In this document: positions 1 to 11,437 of the stretch, piece after piece
How positions within the stretch are numbered: the stretch's first letter is position 1
Layout: each line of letters opens with the position of its first letter
From: Octopus bimaculoides
Taxonomy: Eukaryota
Direction of reading: 5' to 3'
Assembly (NCBI RefSeq): GCF_001194135.2
Contig: NC_068981.1
Span: 85,044,020-85,086,671, forward strand
DNA length: 42,652 nucleotides
Position numbers and translations under genes: made by a program
The notes under the pieces: generated by a model
Told to the model about the DNA's origin: nothing
What the model saw: the letters and a program-made list of their open reading frames with translations, nothing else
The model's database searches: none

Positions 1-1
1 C

Positions 2-415
2 TATACACCATCGCTCCGCTACGTGTTTCTTCTTCCACATTTCTCTTATCAATGCAAATAACTGTAAACGCAATTTCGGGCAATACTTGTAAACCTTGTA
101 GCTCACACCGTCGTTCCCTGGTGAACTTTTTGCTCTTGCTTTTTTAATGAACTCCTCTATTTCTTTCCGTTTGATGTCACTCAAATCGAAAAATACCCTT
201 GGTTCAGGTGGTTTCTTCAGTCCGTGCATTTCTGGGAGTACTTTATTTCTGTCAGAGTCGCTGTACGTCTCTTTAAGATGTTGTTCGAGCTCTTCTTTCG
301 TGCAATCCAATTTTCCGCTTTTACTTTCAGTAAATAAATGTTTCGCATATTGATAGGGATTGTTCACAAAGCTACGATAGTTCTTTTCTCTCTCCTTTTT
401 TCTGTTCTTCCTTGA
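2..415 (-). mobile_element. Hero-like (R2-group, RLE-type) non-LTR retrotransposon fragment: pre-RT region and RT domain 0/1, continuing beyond the window start
   Basis: Stop-free minus frame 415->2, absent from the ORF track (longest Met-initiated part is short): SRKNRKKEREKNYRSFVNNPYQYAKHLFTESKSGKLDCTKEELEQHLKETYSD...EIEEFIKKARAKSSPGNDGVSYKVYKYCPKLRLQLFALIREMWKKKHVAERWCI. The KAR.KS.PG.DG..YKVYK.CP...W....W pattern is what I recall for Hero-clade elements. Confidence 0.8.
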
Positions 416-1175
416 CTATCCTCCCCTAACCAAGTTATCCCAAATCAAATAAGCCTGAGATATTATGCATTGTTTTTTTTAAAGCAATATCTAGAAATAC
501 ACTACTACTCAGTGCATCTGTTTCCTTTTCTAAGAAACTACAAAGTGATTTGAGTTGGATTTGGCTGATATTTCTACCACATCAAGTGACCACTTACAGG
601 GTTTTTTTTCTGGCTTATGACCTTGTGAGTCCGGAAGGTGTTTAGTGAAATTTAAAACTATATAGCGGTTCGTTTTATCTGATGCTGTATTGCATAGAGG
701 CATGTTGACTAAAGTGTAACAGGTAAAAGGACTCTAAAATTTAGAAAATACTTTTTTGGCAAGACTCATGACTCAGAGGTAATTTTAGAAGCAAAAGGGC
801 TTCTGGTATATTTTTCTCGATCGATGATCGTCTTGTGTATGTTGTAGTTATTGATAAACGATTCCAAATTAGTGTCAGTGGATGTTTTGTAGATAGTGTT
901 ATCCTGAACAGCATTTGCGTGAAGTCTGTAAAGAAAAAATCTAGGAGTCTTGTTAAATGTATACGACATTAGATGTCAAAGAGAAAGGACATTTTATTGC
1001 CTGACGTGATATTGTTTTTTGTCTAACGTAAATTGCTTATGCTGATAGATCATTACGTAAGATCGATAAATGACAAAGGATTTGGTATATGAAGCTTTTA
1101 TGTCCGATTTGTTCTACTATTGGTTTAGATTTTTAGTTCTTTAGCATTTTATTTTTAATTACCATTATTATTCCT

Positions 1176-1345
1176 AAGGTGGTGAGTTGGTCGCATCAGT
1201 AAAGCGTCTGAAAGGAAAACTTGCACTATTTCTCCTCGGCTGCATACTTTCTGAGTTCAAATCCCACAGAGTTAGCTTCACCTTTCACCCTTTCGGGGTT
1301 GCTAAAATACAGTACCAACAAACACAGTCAAAAGCGAGATCACTC
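1176..1345 (+). mobile_element. SINE family C, diverged copy (tRNA-like head plus CCTTTCATCCTTTCGGGGTCGATAAA-type central domain)
   Basis: B-box-like TTCTGAGTTCAAATCC followed by CCTTTCACCCTTTCGGGGTTGCTAAAATACAGTACCA; aligns by eye to the copies at 33118 and 36113. Confidence 0.7.
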
Positions 1346-1807
1346 ACGTTTGGATATGTCTCCGTTGAAAGAAAAAAGTAGAACTTATGAAGGTGATATT
1401 CAAAGAGAAGACAAACGGTATTGTGCTGATGAGAAAGGAAATAAAAGTATTTCACCACAAACCACCAGAAGGCAAGTGATTATTTCCTTTGCATGTGGGT
1501 TGGGTTGTATTATGCATGGATGAGGTATCAACCCGACTCTATTTTGTGGCCACGAAATCACCAAGTACGCGATTTTTTCTCTCCCTACCTCATCAATAAT
1601 GGGTTTTCTGCAGTGACGAAATATCGATAAGCTTACTAAGGGTCTGAGAGAAGGATAACCTCCTGATAAACCTCAGGTCATTGAATTTAGATAGCAATTA
1701 ACGGGAGTAAAGCTTCTAATAAGAATTTGCACTCGTTTTTGGTGAGTCGTTCATTCGGCCCGTATCGAGTGAAGTGAAAATTTTTCAGAAAGGCCTAGAT
1801 CTCTAAT

Positions 1808-2025
1808 TAACATTCATTTGGATTCACAATGCAAGTAGGTCATTTATGCTTCAACGCATTTTCATTTCTTCCAGTACAAACATGTAAATAGAATTTTAAA
1901 ATGCTCAATTTATTCACAAAAGACTGAGGTCACAATACATTGCAACTATCTTTCGCCCAGTCAGCTAATGGGATCAATCTATGACATGGCTATAACATTC
2001 ATTTGGATTCACAATGCAAGTAGGT
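1808..2025 (+). repeat. 152-bp insertion (1841-1992) flanked by an exact 33-bp direct repeat (1808-1840 / 1993-2025)
   Basis: TAACATTCATTTGGATTCACAATGCAAGTAGGT occurs twice; the insert matches 7259-7410 with one substitution. Confidence 0.92.
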
Positions 2026-2599
2026 GTTATCGATAATGAGCAGCTGTTATGATAAATGTTCAATGTTGGTGGTAGTTTAAACCATAATCTGGGTCGAACG
2101 CCAGACTTATTTGGGCATCTGGACATTTCCCAAGACATATTGTGTTGTACTGGAATGGAATCTTGGACGTACGCTTGACTTGTGTGACAATAGCAGAAAA
2201 GAAAAGTGTAAAAAACTCCTACACTGCACGAACAGTTCTAAATGCCTCACTGCTACTTAAGTGATTCTCCAAATGCACTGAAGTGAACTTGTACAATTTC
2301 AGTGGGATATAGATTTCAAATTCAGATAGGATATTTATTAGGATAGTGAAAACAGATATTGTTGGGTGCCTACATTTGAGGATATTTAGGTACACACACC
2401 ACAAGTTTGTGTTCTGTACGGTCAACTCAGAGTTGCTACAATACTGGAGGCTGAACGTATTGTTTCAAACACGGAAAGCTTACCATAGCTGAATCAACGA
2501 GTTAATTAAATGTTAAGCGGCAAGGACCATCATAAAAAGTATGTGGTGGATGAAGTTAATAGACAAATTAGATTAAAATGTCTGGCTTTAGTAAAGACC

Positions 2600-3720
2600 T
2601 AGTGTTAGTAAACATTTACTTAGTGAGTGGATTTATAGGCAGACTAGAAGAATACTTTACGAAAAAATACCCCATAACCTACGTGCTAGCGTCTAGAAAG
2701 ACCCCTGACTATATCTACGAGGCTAACAATGTGTTAATACACGAAGACACTGAAACTTTAGATGAATGCAGCAGCATAACTAATAAATAGCTTTTAACAG
2801 GTATTAAGAAATGAAACACATTCTATCTTAACCTGTTGAGGAGAATGCGGGACGCAGTAGACTGCAAAATCTTAAACAGCTACATTTTAGTTACGGGATG
2901 TTGAGTGTTTGTGCAAGGGTTTTTGTTTTCTGATAAGGATGGCGAGCATTATTTAACCACATCAAACTAGTTCATCTTGATTTGTAAGTATCAGTATATC
3001 GAGCTGCACTTCTGAGGAAGGACACAGAAAAAGAGAATATGGGGATAATTTCCGGCCAATAATACTTAAGTTGTTAAAGATTCTAGTCATGGCACTAACA
3101 GAGAGGTTGGTTATGTTTTGTGAAATACAAGAGAGTAATGGATGACACCACCATTAAAAATCAAAGTAGAGAAATATGAGGATGTCCATAGAACAAAGAT
3201 TAGAGCTTGGTTTCTCGAAGGAGAAATCAACACTACCCTGTGGTATCACCGTAATGTAAAATACTTGGGCTCTGCTTCTTTCCAGACTTCAGGTTACAGA
3301 CGAAAAAGAGAAGTTGTTTGAGAAAGGTGTCTAATCTCATACAGAAACAAGCTGAAAGGAAGGTGTGTTTAAAATACGTAGTAAAGATGACGAATGCCTA
3401 TGTCAAATCATCGGATCGGTGATATCCTGGCCGACAAGCCTTGATCTAATCGATATCTAACCAAATTTAAGCCATTGTTCTATTGTTTCTTGTAGGTCAG
3501 AACCTGCTATACGTTGTGAATGTCACCAAGTCTTTTCCTTTCACAAAGACGGAATGTAATTCTCTTACCTTCGGTGGATACAGAGTTACCAGAAAAATAC
3601 TGAAAATAGTTTTGTCCTCCCTGATCATTAACTTTTTAAGTACCACTTGAAGTGACAAATAAAGATAGAGAGGAAACGCTGCCTTCTAGCCTATTTTCTG
3701 AAAAGTAGGGTGAGTAATAA
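2600..3720 (+). mobile_element. Heavily decayed Tx1/L1-like LINE ORF2 remnant
   Basis: RT motif DNFRPIILKLLKILVMALTERL at ~3044-3110; C-terminal-like NF(F)KYHLK*QIKIER at ~3630-3675; GFIGRLEEY..YVLASRK at ~2630-2700. Many stops and deletions. Confidence 0.5.
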
Positions 3721-4811
3721 TTCTAGTTTAGACGAGAACTTCAGTTTCACCAAGGGATTAAAGAAGAAAGAAGGTATGTGGAAGGAAGGGTGGTCAGGGT
3801 TTTGATTCTGTCTTCCAATAGTTAAGAAGCTTCTAGCTTAGCTGGCAATTAAATAGATAAATAGTAGTATTGTTTGTCAGGTTTTTTTAAGGTGAATGGC
3901 ACAAGCGGAATAATGCCGAAGAAAATTCCTTGAAAAGTTACTTGTCTTTATATCCTGAGTTTAAATTCCACCAGCGAAATGATTGTATCGATTTAATCAT
4001 CTGTTCTCTTTACTTTGATTGAACCTACCTTATAAATTATTATCTTACACGTCCAGTGTAAAATATGGAAGACCATGTGTATTTTTCTTTTACTTTTCAT
4101 CAGTTTGGATTATCTCAGCAGTAAGAAAACTAATATAAAGTTTACACATTAACGATAAGATAGCGAGCAAGTTTAATCTCAAGCGAGTGAAGTGGAAGGG
4201 ACTCATTGGGTTAACATTATGGTTAGCAGCTTTTTGTCTCTAAGGTAAGTAGCAATTGCGAAAGCCGTAACAACGATTGAACTGATTCTGTCGAGTCCAC
4301 AAGTAGGAATAGCAACGGTAGCAACACCAGTAAAACGAAACAGGTGAGCAACTATCGTTGACAACAGTGGCAAAAATAAACGCGTTTTGGAGCGTTATTA
4401 AACCAAAGTCGTTTGCTGAATGACCCCTGTTCACTTGACTTAACTGTTATAAACATTAGCGAAAATATATTTTCCGCGCATAATTATTCGCTTTCATTCC
4501 CGCTGAGTACGAGAATTAGGAACGGATGTTATCACGAACTTCTGTCATTACTCACAAAGAGACAAAGTGGTGCTAAAGACTAATAAGACATATGAAGTAA
4601 AGGAGATTCTAAACGGCGACGCAGGACTAGTGTCGGCTTTGTGAACTTAAATTAAATTTGCCACTCCATTCGTTCATAATTTGGTTGCCGTGTACCACAA
4701 ATGTCAGCTGTTTTGAAGCAGTCCCAATTGTGTGAACCGGAGAAATGTCGCACTGCTGAACAAAAACGTGAACAACGAGATTAAAATAAAATTATTGAAT
4801 ACAAAACATTG

Positions 4812-4940
4812 AAGTATTTAGTGACATATCTTTATGATCTGAGTTCAAAACTCGCCGTGATACTAGATTTTATCTTTCATTTTTTCAGCTTCAATAAAAT
4901 GAGTGCCAGTTAAGTACGATGGTCGATTCAATTGACATCT
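4812..4940 (+). mobile_element. SINE family C, old degenerate copy
   Basis: TCTGAGTTCAAAACTCGCCG...TCTTTCATTTTTTCAGCTTCAATAAAATGAGTGCCAGTTAAGTAC..GGTCGAT. Confidence 0.55.
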
Positions 4941-5534
4941 CTCTTGAATATTTGTTGTTATTAGTTTTTACATGTGTTCTGCTTTTCTGAAGTCAGCTAG
5001 AAATATAAGGTAGAAAAATGATTTTGGTTATCATCATCATTCATTAATAGCTGTTTTCCTTAGATTGTACTTTAACCAATTATACGTTTCTAGAGAGTTG
5101 TTCAATACATTCTTTTCTAACTGAACTCATGTAACCTAGGCCAACAGAGATGTTACAACCCATTTGTAGGCGGTGGGGGGGGGGGTCAACAGATGCATTT
5201 TTTAATGGCCATGCACGACACATCATGAGCAAAACTATATTATCTTTTATAACAATACCAAGGGAGTCGACAGCCATTCCTCTATATGTGTTACTTCATA
5301 TACCAGCAGACAAGTTTATCTAGCATTATGAAGGTCTTCTATAACTGAAGCTAGAAAGAATCTGCTTACTTTTTACGATGTTGTTTTCGTTGTTGTGCTG
5401 TTGATGCCATGTCCAGCCATGTTGTTTGTAGTAACTCTCTGCATGCTAAAGTCAAGTTTCAGTCGAAAATCACTACGATCTTTAAGAAAAGATTTGCTCA
5501 GTTAATTCATTTGAAGATTAACCAGTTATTAAAC

Positions 5535-5596
5535 AGGACTGATAGTTGTCTCCAAGGACTGATAGAATACTGTCTCCAAAGTTGGAGACAGTATTC
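5535..5596. repeat. Short tandem duplication followed by a perfect 15-bp hairpin
   Basis: AGGACTGATAG..TGTCTCCA twice; GAATACTGTCTCCAA (5565-5579), 2-nt spacer, TTGGAGACAGTATTC (5582-5596). Confidence 0.85.
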
Positions 5597-5655
5597 ATTG
5601 TATTTTCGATAAATAGCCTCCCACGCTAAATATGCGGTTTGTTGCTTCGAGTGAC

Positions 5656-5683
5656 GTATGTATGTATGTATGTATGTATGTAT
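5656..5683. repeat. (TATG)n microsatellite
   Basis: Direct reading. Confidence 0.95.
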
Positions 5684-5879
5684 AAACATTGCTCTGGTTA
5701 TGCTCAAACATCTTCCACGTACATCCTCTCCCCAGCTTTCCTCAATGCAGGAGGCTGAATAATGCCACACCTGTACCAGGAACAATTGGCGGAAGAAGAG
5801 AAGAAAGTGTTCTAACTGTTACAATTTCTTCTACTTTTCTTGTGTTAAACTCACTCGACACACTTTGGAATCTCTGCAT

Positions 5880-7145
5880 CGATGTCACTACCCGAGTTGC
5901 CACCCTCTCAACACTTCGGGTGGAAACCCCTCACCAACTAGCCTCTCGCTTTTCTCAGACTGCCCACCGGCGCCCTAACAGTGACACAAATTTGACCGCA
6001 TTCAGCGATGATGTGGCTACTGCTTTGAAGTCCTTCCCTGCGAGTTGCAATGGTGGAGTAGATGACCTGCAACCTAGCCACATCAGAGATTTCATCTCTC
6101 CACACTCCTCTGAGGCGGGAGCATGTTTGCTGCGATCTATAACACTGCTCTAACAGCGAGCTTCTGCCATTTCCGAGGTCTTCTCTTCTTAGCTAACCTG
6201 ATTGCGCTGAAGAAGAAGGATTGAGGCATCCCTCCAATAGGAGTGGGCAATGCTTTTCGACGACTTGCATCCAGGATAGCATGTAGTTCAATGAGGAATG
6301 ACTTGAGCGAGGCACTAAACCTTGTCCAGTTGAGGCTGGGAGTGAAATGTGGAAGTGTGGTTGCAGCCCATGCGGCCTGAAACTACATACAGCATACACC
6401 TCCATCGTCACCTTACCCAATGCCGAAGCTGGATATAAAAAACGCCTTCAACAATGTTAGGTCGGACCACATCTTAGAGATGTATCTAAGACATGCTGTC
6501 TCATTACACCCATATGCATACCTCTTCTATGGAACATCCAGCATACTCATGGCTACTGACAACAGGATCATTGGCCTCCGTTCCGCATTGGACCTAGCTC
6601 TACTGGTTTATTATCTTTCCTCAATCTCTTTCATCCACACCCACATCGGCGAGATACTTCGCGAGATAGCTGAACTCGATGTGGCCCAGCTCTAGCCGAT
6701 TGGACCGTTGAAGGCTTTGCCGTCCCCAAGAATACAGATGTCTAACGTAACTGGGACGATATCAAATGCAAATCTTCGGACGGATTGAAACATCCTTAGA
6801 CCAACACCGCTTCGCCTTCCTCCTGCTTCACAACCAAGAAGTGGCGCAGAGATTCACTTCGTACCGTCCTTATGAACCGGTACCCTTCTTGATGATGAGT
6901 GGACTTGCATCCGAGTGGCCCAGCGCCTTGGTGTCCATGTGTGTGAGCCGCACAAATGTCGTTGTGGAGCGGTAATCGATGATTTCGATCTGCATTCATT
7001 ATCCTGCAGCCATAGGGCTGGCCTGCTCCTCGCGACACGCCAGTCCGAATGACGTAAGTGGAAGGGGTCTCGACGCGGCTGCCTTCTCTTCAAAACTAGT
7101 GCCAGTAGGTCTTGACCTTAGGGATGGCAATCATGTCCGCGATAC
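5880..7145 (+). mobile_element. Decayed CRE-clade (RLE-type) non-LTR retrotransposon with an internal deletion
   Basis: RT0 ALKSFPASCNGGVDDLQPSHIRD; RT1-3 ANLIALKKKD*GIPPIGVGNAFRRLAS...VQLRLGVKCGSVVAAHAA*...KLDIKNAFNNV; jump at 6572/6573 to post-RT GLRSALDLAL; zinc knuckle VAQRLGVHVCEPHKCRCGAVIDDFDLHSLSC (from ~6915); RLE start RHASPND...LVPVGLDLRDG. Stops and frameshifts present. Confidence 0.82.
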
Positions 7146-7257
7146 TCGGCTAAACACGCCATTTTTCCAGGGGTATCCATCTGCTATTTAATGCCCCTTT
7201 TTATCGTTTTTCTTTGTTTTCCTGGTGACGTAGGCGTGTTATTTATCTTTAATTTGA

Positions 7258-7411
7258 TCATTTATGCTTCAACGCATTTTCATTTCTTCCAGTACAAACA
7301 TGTAAATAGAATTTTAAAATGCTCAATTTATTCACAAAAGACTGAGGTCACAATACATTGCAACTATCTTTCGCCCAGTCAGCTAATTGGATCAATCTAT
7401 GACATGGCTAT
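7258..7411 (+). repeat. Second copy (putative donor) of the segment at 1840-1993
   Basis: 154 bp identical except AGCTAATTGG vs AGCTAATGGG; no flanking duplication here. Confidence 0.92.
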
Positions 7412-7983
7412 GACTATTATCCGTTCCGCCTCTGTAATTCTGAAGTAAGATTTCTTTTATGTATTCTTAAACATTAAAATTTAAATAATTGCCTGTTATG
7501 CTTATTATGAAACATCATATCGTTATCATAAAGCTTTTGTTAAATTGCAATCAGCGAAAAATAAATATCTGATAATTGCGTATGGTTATATTATCTGGGC
7601 AACAAAAACATTATCTAGGGTAAATAGAGCAAATAAGATCAAGGTCTTTAATATTTACTTTACATTTTTCAATCAGGAATGAAGTCAGTGATTGTGGGCC
7701 TTAACAATCCTCCTAGACTGATGGAAGTGAAGGGGTAAAGTACCCTCAAACTTGAGACCAATTCCAATTAGTTGTAACTGAGTGAACTCTGATAAGAACA
7801 CCCAAAGTTGTAAACTGTGGTGTTAAACGGACTGATAGATTAAGCGTACCAGCCAAGGACACCATGGGAGACTGTGTACTTAGAACGCAAAAAGCTGGAG
7901 CAAATACCCAAATACCACAAAACATTCGACCTTCTTAGTGTTCTGCCATTCTAGCGCTCTAGAATTGATATCATTTTTATAAA

Positions 7984-8103
7984 CCCCTTAAAAGATAAAA
8001 TGTTATGGTCGGTGGGATTTAAACTCAAAGCACTAAGCATCAAAATGAATACCGTGTGGTAGTGTGCCCCACGCTTTAAAGGCTTTGCTAAGTCGCCACT
8101 TTA
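7984..8103 (-). mobile_element. SINE family C, old degenerate copy
   Basis: The reverse complement contains TTTGAGTTTAAATCCCACCGACC...TTTTATCTTTTAAGGGG and a GTGGCGA head. Confidence 0.4.
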
Positions 8104-8936
8104 GCTAGATTGGAGGCACAATATTTTAAACCTCACACTCTCTCACTCCCCTCTCCCTCTTTCTCTCCCCCTCTCTCTCTCTCAAATTTACTACCAGACT
8201 AAGTTATTTCTGGTGGATAATTAACATCTAATACTAAAGTTTTATTGCTTTTCATTCGTTTCTTAATCATTACCTCACAATTTGTGTCGCTCCAACAGGT
8301 AATAGATATACTGAGGATTGGCCACCGACTTAGCTCTTATTATATGTACTCGGGAATAGGAAAGAAATTACATGAAAGAAATATGGTATATATTTCATAT
8401 TACGTAGTATATTATATAATTCATAGTATAATACAGTGTCATGATAATTTCTGTAGGAAGATTTATTACGTTTCTATTTGCAAATGTTTCTATAAATCAG
8501 GTTTTAGATTTTGCAATTGAATTTGCAGTCAGTGAGTTGTTATATAAACGTCTAGTAATATTAAGAAGTAGAAATGACGATTTAGGTTACCAAAGTAAAT
8601 ACTTATTATTTAATGATCTTATTTAATGATCTTATTCTTAATGATCTAAATTCAAATCATGCCTTGTCGATTTTAGTTTTATTCCTCTAGCTTCAATTAA
8701 TACATGGTATATATCAAATATGTACAACTCCAGCAAAATTTTATCACCAAATAAAGCGTATACTTAATTACTGTTCTACATAGCAGTATTTAACGTTAAT
8801 TAATGTTAATATCTGTTAGCGTAATTCGCAGTGTTAATTAATATTAATTTCTGTTGTTTATAATTCGCACAGGAAAGAGGAATGTTAGCTAAATGTATAG
8901 CCAACTATCGGTAGAATTTTGCTATTAAGCACTTCT

Positions 8937-9031
8937 TAAGGGTAGTGAATTGAAAACACAGCACAGAACATTGATGCAGTTTCTTCTGCACGTTATATTC
9001 TGAGTTCAAAGCCTGCCGAGTCGACTTTGCC
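8937..9031 (+). mobile_element. SINE family C, 5' half
   Basis: TAAGGGTAGTGAATTG...TTCTGAGTTCAAAGCCTGCCGAGTCGACTTTGCC. Confidence 0.55.
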
Positions 9032-9324
9032 GCTATTGTGAATATAAGCAGAAGTCAAGAGTTGTTTCTCTCTTAAAATGTGTGGTTTTGTGGCAATGCA
9101 GTGAATAAGAAATTTCCATAATATTTGAAATCAGACAAATTACATTGTTTAACATACTGTCAAGTGTGTTTCTACGTGAATTAATAACATCAGCATAGCT
9201 TTGCGAGTTCCCCAATGCAAAATGAATTTCAATTTCGCTGAGAATTACCATCACTTCAGAGCTGAATTATTCCCTAGTCCTGAAAAGGAAGAGTCGTTTC
9301 TGTGATTAAGTTTTGGCAAGGTTT

Positions 9325-9380
9325 ATACATACATACATACATACATACATACATACATACATACATACATACATACATAC
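9325..9380. repeat. (CATA)n microsatellite
   Basis: Direct reading. Confidence 0.95.
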
Positions 9381-9733
9381 ACACTGTCTAAATACCAATC
9401 TTGAAAAATTAGGCTTCTCGAAACTAGAAAGGAAATAACTGATTCATAGGCGACAGATCCAAGCGATCACTGAAACTATAAAAATGTGTAAAACTTTCCA
9501 GAAATTTATCACTTAAGTATATAAGAGAATGTCTCGATATGCATGCATATGCATGAGAAGACACACATAAAACAAAACATACAAATCTGCACGTATACAT
9601 GCATAAATACAAAAATACCCTGTTGCTGATGCTGAAATTCCAATGAAGGAGCCTTGGATCTAGGTTAGAAACGGATTCTTTCTCTATTGGCAAGATATCT
9701 TGAGATAAAACTGAATAATGACATACATTTGTT

Positions 9734-10117
9734 TGTTGGCACTTCGTCGCTTACGACGTCGAGGGTTCCAGTTGATCTGATCAATGGAACAGCCTACTCG
9801 CGAAATTAACGTGCAAGTGGCTGAGCACTCCACAGACGCGTGTACCCTTAACGTAGTTCTCGGGGATATTCAGCGTGACACAGTGTGACAAGGCTGACCC
9901 TTTGAATTACAGGCACAACAGGAAGTAAGAGTGAGAGAAAGTTGTGGTGGAAGAGTACAGCAGGGTTCGCCACCATCCCCTGCCGGNNNNNNNNNNNNNN
10001 NNNNNNNNGTGGAGCTTTAGATGTTTTCGCTCAATAAACACACATGGTCTGGGAATCGAAACTGCGATCTTATGACCACGAGTCCGCTGCCCTAACCACT
10101 GGGCCATTGCGCCCCCA
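9734..10117 (-). mobile_element. SINE family A (~385 bp, tRNA-Arg-like head; probably one of the octopus OR-type SINEs)
   Basis: Highly similar to the copies at 11438 and 38547; A-box TGGCCCAGTGG, B-box GTTTCGATTCC, TCG in an anticodon-like loop; candidate TSD GACATACAT at 9720-9728 / 10118-10126; contains a 22-N gap. Confidence 0.92.
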
Positions 10118-10118
10118 G

Positions 10119-10243
10119 ACATACATACATACATACATACATACATACATACATACATACATACATACATACGTACATACATATATGCATGCATGCATGC
10201 ATACATACATAGATACGTACGTACGTAAGTATGTATGTATATA
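10119..10243. repeat. (CATA)n microsatellite decaying into CATG/CGTA variants
   Basis: Direct reading. Confidence 0.9.
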
Positions 10244-10496
10244 TGGTACTGATTATACCTCCAGTTCTTTACTGGTAACGAACCATAAGAACCTAACCTT
10301 TCCAACGTTAAACACCAACCGCAGGGCAGGCAGGAAAACTTACAATTTCCAGCTGTCTCAACTCTACTCTCTTGGAGGTTTTGGTCTATGCAAAAATGTA
10401 GTTTACAAATGATAACCCACCAAGCAAGGGTCTATACCGGCGGCACCATGGATTTCAAGTAAAAAAGGGACGTGATCGCAGCGAACGATGGTTGGA

Positions 10497-10516
10497 GTGA
10501 GAGGGAGAAAAGAGAA

Positions 10517-10595
<79 letters not shown>

Positions 10596-10720
10596 GCAAG
10601 ACAGATACAGAGAGAGAGAGAGACAGACAGATACACAGAGAGAGAGCGAGACAGATACAGAGAGAGAGAGAGCGAGACAGATACACAGAGAGAGAGCGAG
10701 ACAGATACAGAGAGAGAGAG
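10497..10720. repeat. Compound (AGAT)n/(AG)n tract with ~28-bp higher-order units (GAGAGAGAGCGAGACAGATACACA)
   Basis: Direct reading; source of the SL/LS low-complexity ORFs. Confidence 0.9.
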
Positions 10721-11437
10721 AGGGGGGAAACAGAGAGATCAGTAGACTCTGAGCAAATATGATTTTCAAAACGAAAAATGAAACCAACATTTTTATTAAA
10801 ATAAATTTTAAAAATTAAAATTGGAACTTAAAATTTTATTACCATTTTAACTTGGTCCCCCACATCCGCTTAGAGTTGTGATTACGTATATCGATATCCA
10901 TTTTTTTTTCGATAATGATATATGCATATATAATTGTATCAGGCACTCTACTGATATTTCCCTCATTAAACCTGTTTTGAGTCGTCGAAATATTCAATAT
11001 ATCGGTACTGTTCGCTTTTGTTGCGAAATGAATAGCGCTTTATACTATTGTTCTATTCAGTATTGTTCGATTTAAAATACAAATTGATCAATCCAATGAT
11101 CCAACTACATAGTCTTTAGTTTTTCTTATCCATTAGACTAGCTTGCGTAGAACAACGAAAAGAAGTACATTATTGTTGCTTACTTATGTCCCTATATTCA
11201 TTACTTCCTTACAGAAATAATATATATTTTCTTACTGATTTTCAATACAATCTGTACTAAGAGTAACTTAAGCCTTTCCTTTCCTTTATAATGACATTAA
11301 AACAGATTAAGTGATATTCTATATCTCATTTGTGTAACGGAAAAAGATAAATTTATTCTTAATTCAATAGCTTGGCTCACACTATGTTTCGTCTCTATCT
11401 TATCTAATTCATTTAACATCTAATTATATTTTCCCAT

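Noticed and set aside
556-600. TTTGGCTGATATTTCTACCACAT shared with ~25439-25461
   Set aside because: A 23-bp match, probably remnants of a common repeat, but too short to define an element.
766-969. Minus-strand ORF as a LINE C-terminus
   Set aside because: It looks protein-like, but I could not match any defined motif.
1427-1450. CTGATGA as a hammerhead core (also near 24194, 25517, 34460, 34947, 39602)
   Set aside because: No stem II/GAAA/helix I arrangement follows any of them.
7678-7736. Candidate exon MKSVIVGLNNPPRLMEVKG after TTTTCAATCAG
   Set aside because: Mediocre donor (GG|GTAAAG), short, and no supporting homology.
8608-8869. Short tandem repeats (13-bp x3 at ~8608-8648; ~38-bp x2 at ~8795-8869) as a CRISPR-like or regulatory array
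   Set aside because: No spacers, AT-rich and eukaryotic context; ordinary slippage duplications.
9987-10008. Length difference between family A copies
   Set aside because: The sister copies have only 6 nt here; the 22 Ns are a gap-size estimate, not an insertion.
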